From NCBI GenBank assembly GCA_963698395.1, contig CAVOQQ010000001.1, positions 68,754-132,753 on the forward strand: DNA of 64,000 nt. The letters are read 5' to 3'. Both the position numbers and the translations under genes were made by a program. The notes under the pieces are model-generated. The model did not search any database and was not told the origin of the DNA. It was given only the letters and a program-made list of their open reading frames with translations. Below are positions 56,144-64,000 of the stretch, one piece after another. Each line of letters starts with the position of its first letter. Position 1 is the stretch's first letter. The stretch comes from an uncultured Acidimicrobiales bacterium (GTDB lineage Bacteria > Actinomycetota > Acidimicrobiia > Acidimicrobiales > SZUA-35).

Positions 56144-56818
56144 TCACTCACTCTGGCCCTCGGGAGGACGACGCTGTGTTCGGGTGAAGGTGAGGTGGGT
56201 GACGCCACTGGGCGTGGAGACTGCCTCCACGTCGTACTGCTGCTCCAGCGCCTCGAGGCCGTCCCACAGCCGAACACCGCGACCGAGCAGGATCGGCACC
56301 TGTACGACGTGTAGATGGTCGACGAGCCCGGCGGCGAGGAACGCCCGCACTGTGGTCGGGCCTCCGCCGATGCGCACGTCTTGACCGGCTGCTGCGTTGT
56401 GCGCCACCTCGAGCGCAGCGGCTGGCGAGGTGTCGAGGAAGTGGAATGTCGTGCCGCCCTCCATCTCGAGCGACGGGCGTGGACGGTGGGTCAGGACGTA
56501 CGTCGGTGTGTGGAAGGGCGGGTTGTTGCCCCACCACCCGCGCCACGCCGGGTCGTCCTGCCAGCCCGGAGGACCGAATTTGTTGGCGCCCATGATCTCC
56601 GCACCGATCCCTGGTCCGTGCCGGTCGGCCATGGCGTGATCGATTCCCTCGGTGCCGCCCGAATCGCCGAGGACTTCGCGGTGGCCGAATCGAGTGGCGA
56701 CCATCCACTCGTGGAGCCGATGCCCGGCGTGGCCGAACGGGGCGTCGAGGGCCTGTCCCTCGCCGGTGGCGAACCCATCGAGCGAGATCGAGAAGTTGTG
56801 GACGCGGACCTGGGACAT
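56144..56818 (-). CDS. dihydrofolate-reductase-family (RibD C-terminal domain) protein
   Basis: ATG 56818. MSQVRVHNFSISLDGF and VRIGGGPTTVRAFLAAGLVDHLHVVQVPILLG. Confidence 0.8.
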   Translation of the reverse strand: MSQVRVHNFSISLDGFATGEGQALDAPFGHAGHRLHEWMVATRFGHREVLGDSGGTEGIDHAMADRHGPGIGAEIMGANKFGPPGWQDDPAWRGWWGNNPPFHTPTYVLTHRPRPSLEMEGGTTFHFLDTSPAAALEVAHNAAAGQDVRIGGGPTTVRAFLAAGLVDHLHVVQVPILLGRGVRLWDGLEALEQQYDVEAVSTPSGVTHLTFTRTQRRPPEGQSE

Positions 56819-57047
56819 GGCAGCCTCTCGAATGCTGAGTGATTGCAGTCTGCAACTGGTTGGCGGTAGCCCACCGACGCTACTTGCATGCCGCAAGCAC
56901 TTGCAGGAGCCCTCATGCATGCCGCCCCTGCCTACGAGGCGGCGCTGGCCGACGAGGCGACCCGTGAGGTCTCCAGGAGCTGACGCTCCTCGATCGACGA
57001 GATCGATGGCTTCGATACTGTCACTCCGAGCCTGACGCGCCGCAAGG

Positions 57048-57460
57048 TCAGGCGCTCGTGTGAGCCTCGAACCACGCTGCGACACGGGGCTGTTGGAGGA
57101 ACTGGGCCCATTCGAGCGGTCGAGCGTCGAACTCCGGATCCCTTGCCGAGGTGTCGGCTCCGCTCTCGACCAGCGTCTCCCCACTGTTCGGGGGCGGGCT
57201 GCCATCCGGATCATCGAGACCGATGGGGTCTCCCTGGGGTGGTACGTCGAGCCACTGAGGTGCACGGTCCTCGCCGTACATATCGATCAGATGCCGGAGT
57301 CGCCAGGCGATCGTCGTGAACGGCTCAGGGTCAGGACCGGGCAACGACCGGTCGATCCGCCACTCGCCGTCCTTGCGTTGTCGAACGCTCCAACAACCAG
57401 GAGCGGGTTCCCAGAGGTACGAACTCTTGCTTCAACGCAGCCATGATCGAGACCGTAGGA
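57048..57460 (-). pseudogene. DinB-fold protein, N-terminus out of frame
   Basis: YLWEPAPGCWSVRQRKDGEWRIDRSLPGPDPEPFTTIAWRLRHLIDMYGEDR. The N-terminal part (MAALKQEFVPL.. from about 57453) is in another frame. Shift near 57420. Confidence 0.5.
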
Positions 57461-57579
57461 GCCAGGCGAAACCATCGCAATGGACACCCAGGTCGGTGAT
57501 TCCATTCCCTCGGCGGCTCTGGCGGTCGCCGGGCCGTTGGGCCCTGGAGCGTTGCCGTCCTGCGGCGCAGTCTGGTTTC

Positions 57580-58095
57580 ATGGGACGCCCAAAGACCAAG
57601 AGCGAGTTGCTACTGGCAGCCCACGAGGAGTTCGATCGGCTCTGGTCGACGTCGGAGCTGATCGACGAGAACGACGTTGAGCGACCGGGCGTCTGTGAGG
57701 CGTGGTCGTTGAAGGACGTGCTGGCTCATCTCGATGCATGGCACGAGATGCTCCTGGAGTGGGAGGCCGCTGGGTCCCGAGGCGAGAAGGCGCCGATGCC
57801 GGCATCCGGGTTTTCGTGGGCGGAGACCCCGGAGCTCAACGAAGTCATCTACCAGCGGCACCGAGCCGACGACTGGAACGATGTCGTCGAGCGCCTCCGT
57901 GATTCGCATGCGAGAGTCTTGGAGCGGATCGAGGCCTACGACGAGGATGACCTGTTCACCAAGAAGCGGTATGGCTGGACAGGGTCTACGTCGGTGGCGA
58001 GCTATGCGATCTCGGCCACGTCGAGCCACTACCGCTGGGCGAGCAATCTCATCAAGAAGGCCGCCAAGACCTTCGCCGCCTCGGTTGGTGAGTAG
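57580..58095 (+). CDS. ClbS/DfsB-family (DUF1706) four-helix-bundle protein
   Basis: ATG 57580. VCEAWSLKDVLAHLDAWHEML and KKRYGWTGSTSVASYAISATSSHYRWA. Confidence 0.75.
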   Translation: MGRPKTKSELLLAAHEEFDRLWSTSELIDENDVERPGVCEAWSLKDVLAHLDAWHEMLLEWEAAGSRGEKAPMPASGFSWAETPELNEVIYQRHRADDWNDVVERLRDSHARVLERIEAYDEDDLFTKKRYGWTGSTSVASYAISATSSHYRWASNLIKKAAKTFAASVGE

Positions 58096-58650
58096 CCCCA
58101 CGCGGGCTGCACCGTTCACCATCTCCGGGAGTACCGCCGACCCACCCGCTGGTCGGTGGAACCGCGACTGGATCAAGGCGTGCGTGATCGGCGCACTCAT
58201 CGGCTTCGTTCCTCCCGCTCTCACCGGTGCCGCCCTGGTCGCGCTGGACGGTTCAGAGACGGTTCAGAGACGGTGCTGGTTGCCGGGTTGGTGGCCGCTG
58301 GTGTGTTGGAGGGGCCTCGTACTGGGTCGGGCTCAGGGCCTCGTTCTTCGACGACAGCTCCCCGGCGTCAGTGGCTGGGCAGAAGCCACGGCGGTCGCTG
58401 CCGGGTTGGCGTGGCTGACCGGGATGGGCGGAAGCTCGCTGGTCGGATCAGTGGGGGCGAAGGGCCTCATCGTTGCAGTGCCAGGATGGGTGATCGGCCT
58501 GCTCGCCATGGGCGTGCTGCAATCCTGGCGGCTCCGCCCGTCGCCATCTCTGCTGCGGTGTTGATGGGGGCGACGGTCGGCGCGATCACCGGTCGAACCC
58601 TCGATCGGTTCGTCGAACAGTCGGGATCACCGACACCGGCAGCCGGATAG
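58088..58650 (+). pseudogene. multi-TM membrane protein disrupted by an 11-bp tandem duplication plus two further shifts
   Basis: GTG 58088 overlapping the upstream stop. Hydrophobic segments alternate between two frames: DWIKACVIGALIGFVPPALTGAALVALDGSE | TVLVAGLVAAGVLEG | LVLGRAQ..AAGLAWLTGMGGSSLVG..GWVIGLLAMGVLQSWRLR | PVAISAAVLMGATVGAITG..*. Confidence 0.5.
58248..58269 (+). repeat. 11-bp tandem duplication
   Basis: acggttcagag acggttcagag (followed by acggt). 11 nt gives a +2 shift, exactly the frame change seen at this point. Confidence 0.85.
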
Positions 58651-58654
58651 AAGA

Positions 58655-59010
58655 GGCCAACCATGACGAGTATCGACCTGAGGAAGGCCAGTTCGACCCC
58701 GCAGACAAGTCGAACTGGTTGTGGACCATGATGATCTGCCGGCCCGAGCCGGTGACCGAAGCAATGGCGGGAGACGATCCCCGTCGTCACGGCGAAGAAG
58801 AAGCTGCGAGTCGGCGACCGAGTGAGGTTCGAGCGATTCGCCGAGGGCCTCGCCGCCCAGGTCCTCCCGATCGGCTCCTACGCCGTTGAGACACCCACCA
58901 TCGCATCACGACACGCCTTCATCGCCGAACGAGGGGGCGAGCTGTCCGGCACCCACCACGAGATCTCTCTCTCCGACCCCCGCAAGGTTGCCGCCGAGCG
59001 GTCATGGCCT
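58655..59010 (+). pseudogene. GyrI-like small-molecule-binding domain, C-terminal half only, one frameshift
   Basis: FDPADKSNWLWTMMI.RPEPVTEAM | ETIPVVTAKKKLRVGDRVRFERFAEGLAAQVLPIGSYAVETPTIASRHAFIAERGGELSGTHHEISLSDPRKVAAE. The N-terminal half is absent. Shift near 58765. Confidence 0.45.
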
Positions 59011-59454
59011 CACTCGGTCGAATGCTTCGGCCCTGGTCTTGAGCGCGGTGTTCATGGCTCGAAATCCTTCGAGCGTTCGGGTGTCGAGCGATTCTTGCAG
59101 CAGTCGGACGAGCAGCCCTCGGAACCGTTCGGTGTGGATGACGCGAGTGCCGCCTGACGGCGTCGGCTCGAGCTCGAATCGGTGTCGCCCATCGAAGACG
59201 CCAGGGACACCGAGGCGACCGAGCCATTCGAAGGTCCGTGCCGGTTCGACTTCCGTGACGGTCGGCCTGAACGTCGCAGCCTTTCCGCCGGGCGGCTGCA
59301 TTCGATTGACGAGACGGTTGCCTGGGGCAACGTCACCGCTTGATTCGACGATGAACGGATTCCATTCTTGGTACTTGCCGAGGTCGGTCAGGACCTCCCA
59401 GACGATTTCGGGTGTGGCGTCGATGTCGATCTCGGTGCGCAGGTCGTGTCGCAT
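59002..59454 (-). CDS. SRPBCC (START/polyketide-cyclase-like) protein
   Basis: ATG 59454. MRHDLRTEIDIDATPEIVWEVLTDLGKYQEWNPF. Confidence 0.75.
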   Translation of the reverse strand: MRHDLRTEIDIDATPEIVWEVLTDLGKYQEWNPFIVESSGDVAPGNRLVNRMQPPGGKAATFRPTVTEVEPARTFEWLGRLGVPGVFDGRHRFELEPTPSGGTRVIHTERFRGLLVRLLQESLDTRTLEGFRAMNTALKTRAEAFDRVRP

Positions 59455-59505
59455 CTCGGTGCTCTCCTTCGTGGTGGGGTGCAGCATCGACTGCATCCCG
59501 TCAGT

Positions 59506-59566
59506 CGCAACTCAAGTTGCGTTATCACTATGAAGCCGCCGAAAGTCAAACGCAACGCTTTTTGCG
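59506..59566. promoter_or_regulatory. two CGCAA-N6-TTGCG inverted repeats, candidate TetR operators
   Basis: CGCAACT-ca-AGTTGCG (59506-59521) and CGCAA-cgcttt-TTGCG (59551-59566), between divergent starts 59454 and 59583. Confidence 0.5.
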
Positions 59567-59582
59567 ATAAAGTTCGGGAATC

Positions 59583-60206
59583 ATGAACGACAGCACCGAC
59601 AACATGCCGCGCGTTGGCGAGCAGCGACCAGGCGGACGTGCAGCCCGAGTTCGCACAGCGGTCTTGCATGCCGCGGCCGAACTGTTGACCGAGGTCGGCT
59701 ATGACACGATGAGCGTCGAAGAAGTCGCAGCCCGGGCCGGAGTCCACAAGACGACCGTGTACCGCCGATGGCCCACCAAAGCCGCACTGACCGCTGACGC
59801 CGCGTCATTGCACAGCGCCGACGCGGTGCCGATTCCCGACACCGGGAACATCGTCGGAGACCTGAAAATGCTGGCGCGCGAGATCGTGGCCAACATCGGT
59901 ACCGAAGGCGGTGCCCGGCGAGCTCGATCCATCACGGCGGCATCAGCCACATCGGACGAACTCGCCACGGCGATGCACGGCTTCTGGGCCAAGCGGATGG
60001 CGCTGACGACGAAGATCGTCGAGCGAGCCATCGAACGTGGTGAACTCTCCTCATCCACCGACGCCAACCTCATCATCGAATCGGTCATCGGGCCGCTCTA
60101 CGTCCGACTCCTCCTGACCGGCGAGCCCATCACCGAGGAACTCGCCGACCGGATCGTCGAACTCGTCACGTGCGGCGCAACGTCTCGCCCCGACGGCAAC
60201 GCTTGA
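59583..60206 (+). CDS. TetR-family regulator
   Basis: Intact 207 aa. RVRTAVLHAAAELLTEVGYDTMSVEEVAARAGVHKTTVYRRWPTK. Confidence 0.8.
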   Translation: MNDSTDNMPRVGEQRPGGRAARVRTAVLHAAAELLTEVGYDTMSVEEVAARAGVHKTTVYRRWPTKAALTADAASLHSADAVPIPDTGNIVGDLKMLAREIVANIGTEGGARRARSITAASATSDELATAMHGFWAKRMALTTKIVERAIERGELSSSTDANLIIESVIGPLYVRLLLTGEPITEELADRIVELVTCGATSRPDGNA

Positions 60207-60316
60207 CGGGGAAGCTCGACATCGAAGAGATGGAGCGCTCGGTCACAAGGGGGTTCGAGTGACCTGGCTTCGGATGTCGAGCGGTGTCCGTGATCGGGGT
60301 CGTGCGTTGTGGGCCG

Positions 60317-60877
60317 TCAGGTTGTTCGGCCTGAGAACGCTGCGAGCCGCTCGATCGGTGAGGCATCGTCATCTGGATGCTGTGGCATGGCGAACGTGTC
60401 GCCGTCGCGCATGTCGTCGGTGATCGCCTGTCGGGCGAAGCCGTCGACCTCGGCGACGAGATCGTCAGCGAGGTTCCATGGCTGTCCGGTCGCGGTGGCG
60501 AGATCCCAGCCGTGGACGAGTCCGTCGAACGCGACGAGGCGGGCAAACGTTGCGCCGGGCATCTCCCCGCCGGGCGTCTGGATCGTCCGGTCGAGGGCAC
60601 CGGGTGACTGCACTGCGTCCAGGAGTTCAGCCATCGCGGTATCGAAGCGGGCCGTCGCGGTGGCATCGTCCGATTCGGGCTCGGTATCGCCGCTGGGCGG
60701 CTCATCGCCGCGGAACATCGGGGCGAAGGCGGATGCCAATCCGGTCATGTGCCCGAGTACGGCAGCGACGGTGAAGTCCTTGCATGGGGTCGCTACGTCG
60801 AGTTGGCTCGAGTCGATACGTGCGCCGACTTCGCGCAGCTTGGGGATGATGATCGCGAGTTGTTCGTTGCCTTGCAT
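60317..60877 (-). CDS. TIGR03086-type DinB-like metal-binding protein
   Basis: SQLDVATPCKDFTVAAVLGHMTG and FDGLVHGWDLA; 186 aa. Confidence 0.7.
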   Translation of the reverse strand: MQGNEQLAIIIPKLREVGARIDSSQLDVATPCKDFTVAAVLGHMTGLASAFAPMFRGDEPPSGDTEPESDDATATARFDTAMAELLDAVQSPGALDRTIQTPGGEMPGATFARLVAFDGLVHGWDLATATGQPWNLADDLVAEVDGFARQAITDDMRDGDTFAMPQHPDDDASPIERLAAFSGRTT

Positions 60878-60949
60878 GGTGTTGCCTCCGGTTGTTGGGA
60901 AAGGTGGGCGGTTGGCTTGGAATGATGGGCGGGTGGACGTTCGGGCGGA

Positions 60950-61336
60950 TCAGCCGGCGAGCTTGGCGAGCATGTGATCCATCACTGCGCTGTGCTCGGC
61001 TGCAGGGCTGAACATGATGAGTTCGGCGTCGTCGGTGACACGGACGCTGTGGCCCGGTGGCCAGTAGAAGAGGTCCTGCCCGCCACAGATCTCCTCGACG
61101 CCGTCGGTGTAGTTGACGACGACTCGTCCGGAGATCATGAATCCCCAGTGGGGTGCAGCGCAGGCGTCGTCGGTCAGGCCGGTGAGCAGCGGAGCGATAT
61201 CGGTGCCGGCCCCCAGCGAGAAGTACTCGGCGCCGAGCGACGAGAACGAGGACGGGTCGCCGAAGTCGAGCGCTTGGCGGGCGGTTGCGCCAGGAATGTC
61301 GATCTTGGTCGGGACGTCGGTCTTGGTGATGTGCAT
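60950..61336 (-). CDS. small cupin-domain protein
   Basis: ATG 61336 MHITKTDVPTKIDIPG.. and PHWGFMISGRVVVNY. The first 19 aa of the listed ORF are discounted. Confidence 0.6.
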   Translation of the reverse strand: MHITKTDVPTKIDIPGATARQALDFGDPSSFSSLGAEYFSLGAGTDIAPLLTGLTDDACAAPHWGFMISGRVVVNYTDGVEEICGGQDLFYWPPGHSVRVTDDAELIMFSPAAEHSAVMDHMLAKLAG

Positions 61337-61450
61337 GAGCTGATACCTTCCGTTTGCTGCCGTGCCGATTGGCCCAGCGGGGACGAGTCCCACTCAAGAC
61401 CGGGAAACACTGGCCCGATAGTTCCAATACTGAACTGCTAGGGTCGGTCG

Positions 61451-62155
61451 ATGAAGTCCTACGGTCAGTACTGCCCCATCTCGCGCACGGCAGAGATCCT
61501 TGGGGACCGCTGGACGATCCACATCGTCCGGGATCTTCTCACCGGCTCGAACCGATTCAACGAACTGGTTCGTGGCAACCCCGGCTTGTCCCGGGCGCTC
61601 CTCACCCGACGCCTCCAGCAGCTCACGGCGGCCGGCGTGGTCGAGCGTCACGATGACGGTTCGTATCGGCTGACCGAATCCGGCCGGGCCCTCGAGCCGG
61701 TCGTGTTCGGCCTCGCCACCTGGGGCGCCAGGTGGACCTTCGGCGAACCCAAGGCGGACGAACTCGACCCAGATCTCCTCATGTGGTGGCTCCATCGCCA
61801 ACTCGACGCCTCCGACCTTCCCCTCCCGCGCTTCACCGTGTACGTGCCCTTCACCGATCACCCGACTCGCTATTGGATCGTCGTCGAAGACGAAGCGTCG
61901 CTCTGTCTCGCCGACCCTGGCTTCGAGGTCGATGTCACCCTGCGCACCGACCTTGCCTCGCTCTACCGCACCTACCTCGGCAATGTTTCCCTGCGAGAGG
62001 CCCGGCGTCGTGGCGACATCGAGATCACCGGCACCCGACAAGCAGTGCGAGCGTTCGCCAATGCGTTCCGTCAGTCACCGGTCGGCGAGATCGTCGCAAC
62101 CGAAACGCGCCGATCGAGGCCGACGTCGACGGCGCCGACCTCCTCGCGTCGATAG
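61451..62155 (+). CDS. HxlR-family regulator with C-terminal SCP2-like extension
   Basis: YCPISRTAEILGDRWTIHIVRDLL.GSNRFNELV; 234 aa. Confidence 0.8.
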   Translation: MKSYGQYCPISRTAEILGDRWTIHIVRDLLTGSNRFNELVRGNPGLSRALLTRRLQQLTAAGVVERHDDGSYRLTESGRALEPVVFGLATWGARWTFGEPKADELDPDLLMWWLHRQLDASDLPLPRFTVYVPFTDHPTRYWIVVEDEASLCLADPGFEVDVTLRTDLASLYRTYLGNVSLREARRRGDIEITGTRQAVRAFANAFRQSPVGEIVATETRRSRPTSTAPTSSRR

Positions 62156-62159
62156 TCGT

Positions 62160-62741
62160 CGCACCGCCTGGCGGTGACGCCACATGGTTGCAGGACGTCC
62201 TCGATGACGAGGTCGTCGGCTTCATCACGCTCGACAACGGTCTCAAGAAGGTGTGGTGCACCACACCGCCGACCCGCGGGCCAGCCTGAAGGCCCTGGCC
62301 GATGCGCTGGCTCCCGACGGTGGCATCGGCATGATGGTCTACGCCCCCTACGGCCGGCGGGTGTCGAGCCGTTGCAGCGCGCGTTTGCGTCACTGTTCGC
62401 CACCGACACGGCCGACGATCGCGTCGCCCTGGCCCGCGAGGCATTCGACCAGATCCCGAAGGCGCATCCATTCGCCCGCAACACGGTGTTGGGTGACCAC
62501 CTCACCGGCGACGCCGGGCTCGGCCTCGCCGCGTTCGTCGGGCACGGTTGGTACGACCCCTGCCGATACCTACCCCAGACGGACGCCTTTGCGCACCGGG
62601 TCGGGCGGCTCGACCACGCTCGGCCAGATGGCAGCGGATGCGGGGGTCGGCTGGGCGGAGTTCCTGGACATCTGGGGCCCGGCAGCAGGCGAACTGAGCG
62701 CGTTCGACCTTTTGCACTACTCGTGCGGCGCTCGCCCCTGA
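62160..62741 (+). pseudogene. class I SAM-methyltransferase remnant lacking motif I, frameshifted
   Basis: VVHHTADPRASLKALADALAPDGGIGMMVYAPYGR | AGVEPLQRAFASLF..RVALAREAFDQIPKAHPFARNTVLGDHL, in at least two frames. No GxGxG motif upstream. Confidence 0.4.
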
Positions 62742-62836
62742 TGCCCGCAGATGAACGCCGACTTCAGAGGCTGGCTCCCGATGGGGCCAAAGAAGGCGTG
62801 GGCAACCGCGAGACCGACCGGCGACGGCACGGTGGG

Positions 62837-63883
62837 CTAGAGCGCAGCGGTGTCGCGGACCTCCCACTCGAAGAGTGGGTCACCCAGATCGAGGCGCTGG
62901 TGCACGACGAGGTGCTTGTTCTCCATGGCGGCGAGTCCTTCCCAGAGCGAGTTCCAGCTGTCGAAGACTGCGGGGTGGACCGTCGTCGGGTCGAAGACGC
63001 GCCATTCGGCCAGACGAATTCGCGGGTTCGGCCCAGTGGCGTCGACCTCGCAGTGGTGGCTGTGTCCGGCCAACAGGAGCGCCAGTCGCTGCTCGAACGG
63101 TCCGACTTCCCCGGTCATGCTCATGATGCGTTCGTGGAACTGCATCGCGACCTGGTGCCCGACCACCGTGGCCACGCTTCGGGTGTCTGCCGGGCCGAGC
63201 ACCTCGGTCATGGCCGGGAGGATCGTGTGGATGTAGTTCATGGCGTAATTGCGCTCGACCTTGGCCAACCGCACCTGGTCCCACGTCGGGATCGGTAGTG
63301 GTTCGGCCGGGCCAGGCGGACGTTCTCCCGGTCGATACCGAACCCGGTCCTCGGCTGCCAGGGGTTCGGATTCCTCGATGTAGTAGCCAACCAGGCCGGC
63401 CTGGCCGTCGGTCGTCTGTGAGGTGGCGACGAATCCGAGACGATCGTTGTCGAGCGAAACGCCGTTGTGTCCGTGCCAGCCTCGCAGCATGGCCCGGCTC
63501 AGCTCGGTGGGGATGCCGCAGACCGCCGTCCCGTCGAAGATCCATCGCGGCGGCAGATATCGCACCCACGATTTGGTTTCGGACTCGGGGATCCACTCGA
63601 CACCGACGCCGCCGAGTGCGTTGGACAGCACGTGGTATTTGGCGCAGGCGACGGCGTCGGGTTCGTTGGTGAGGCCAAGCTTCACCAACCCGGGTCGGAA
63701 CGCTTCGAGGTGCTGATTGCGGAACGTGCGGAACACGACGTCGGCAGCAGGGGAGGTGCCCAGTCGGGTGACCATGCCGAGGAGGAGTCCGGTCAGGTAT
63801 CGGTGGTAGAGCTCGGCGAGTGCGGCCCATGCGTTGGCTTCGCTGCCCAGCCCGGACGTCCCGTCGTCGATCTTCGTCTCCAT
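62837..63883 (-). CDS. conserved-looking hypothetical protein
   Basis: ATG 63883 behind GGAGGA. 348 aa, intact, no family recognised. The first 33 aa of the listed ORF overlap the kinase tail. Confidence 0.55.
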   Translation of the reverse strand: METKIDDGTSGLGSEANAWAALAELYHRYLTGLLLGMVTRLGTSPAADVVFRTFRNQHLEAFRPGLVKLGLTNEPDAVACAKYHVLSNALGGVGVEWIPESETKSWVRYLPPRWIFDGTAVCGIPTELSRAMLRGWHGHNGVSLDNDRLGFVATSQTTDGQAGLVGYYIEESEPLAAEDRVRYRPGERPPGPAEPLPIPTWDQVRLAKVERNYAMNYIHTILPAMTEVLGPADTRSVATVVGHQVAMQFHERIMSMTGEVGPFEQRLALLLAGHSHHCEVDATGPNPRIRLAEWRVFDPTTVHPAVFDSWNSLWEGLAAMENKHLVVHQRLDLGDPLFEWEVRDTAAL

Positions 63884-63902
63884 CACGCGTTCCTCCGACT
63901 CT

Positions 63903-64000
63903 TCATCTACCACCAGCGGTCGCTCGGTGCGAGTCTGCGCGGGTGGCCAGCGGCAGGGCGAGGGTGAACGTGGCGCCACCACCGGGCGTGGCTCCGACGG
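63903..64000 (-). CDS. sensor histidine kinase, extreme C-terminus (partial, continues beyond window)
   Basis: Minus-strand frame VGATPGGGATFTLALPLATRADSHRATAGGR* has the typical kinase ending (G..F.l.LP). Confidence 0.45.
   Translation of the reverse strand, partial: VGATPGGGATFTLALPLATRADSHRATAGGR

Noticed and set aside
61716-61735. CCACCTGG-ggcg-CCAGGTGG palindrome, which shares the CACCTGG core with the LuxR box.
   Set aside because: It lies inside the HxlR coding sequence (encodes ATWGARWT). The arm sequence beyond the core differs, so this is probably chance.

Overview
Visibly high-GC segment (about two-thirds G+C by eye, not computed), gene-dense and chromosomal. It has an actinobacterial flavour: a PIG-L/LmbE deacetylase, TIGR03086 and DinB-fold proteins, WYL and LAL-type LuxR regulators, DUF4386 proteins, frequent ATGA/GTGA start-stop overlaps and GGAGG-type ribosome-binding sites. 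I can support about 80 protein-coding units. (1) A cyclohexanecarboxylate-type badH-badI-aliB-aliA cluster with a divergent MarR gene (1-5083). (2) A minus-strand amidohydrolase / COG0523 GTPase / alpha-beta hydrolase / FAD oxidoreductase operon (5622-10640), facing a TetR / cyclophilin-like / amidohydrolase unit. (3) A LAL-type LuxR regulator surrounded by DUF4386, 2TM and PAP2 membrane-protein genes and four copies of an 18-bp palindrome (14541-22010). (4) Many one-component regulators (TetR x6, MarR, ArsR, HxlR, WYL), several with palindromic candidate operators. (5) An Hsp70-type ATPase gene running into a TM + beta-propeller gene (37497-40303). (6) An ABC-2 exporter, an ApbE / ferric-reductase-like module and a GH65 phosphorylase. 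I saw no rRNA, intact tRNA, CRISPR array, transposase or integrase. The most striking general property is that about 30 units are frameshifted, truncated or fused remnants, including four truncated or degenerate sensor-kinase relics, while long neighbouring genes are intact. The most unexpected gene is a frameshifted but unmistakable homologue of the type VI secretion tube protein Hcp (30838-31329). It starts 1 nt after the stop of a gene with a twin-arginine signal and a dirigent-like domain, and no other T6SS gene is in the window. All family assignments come from motif recognition by eye; no database search was run.
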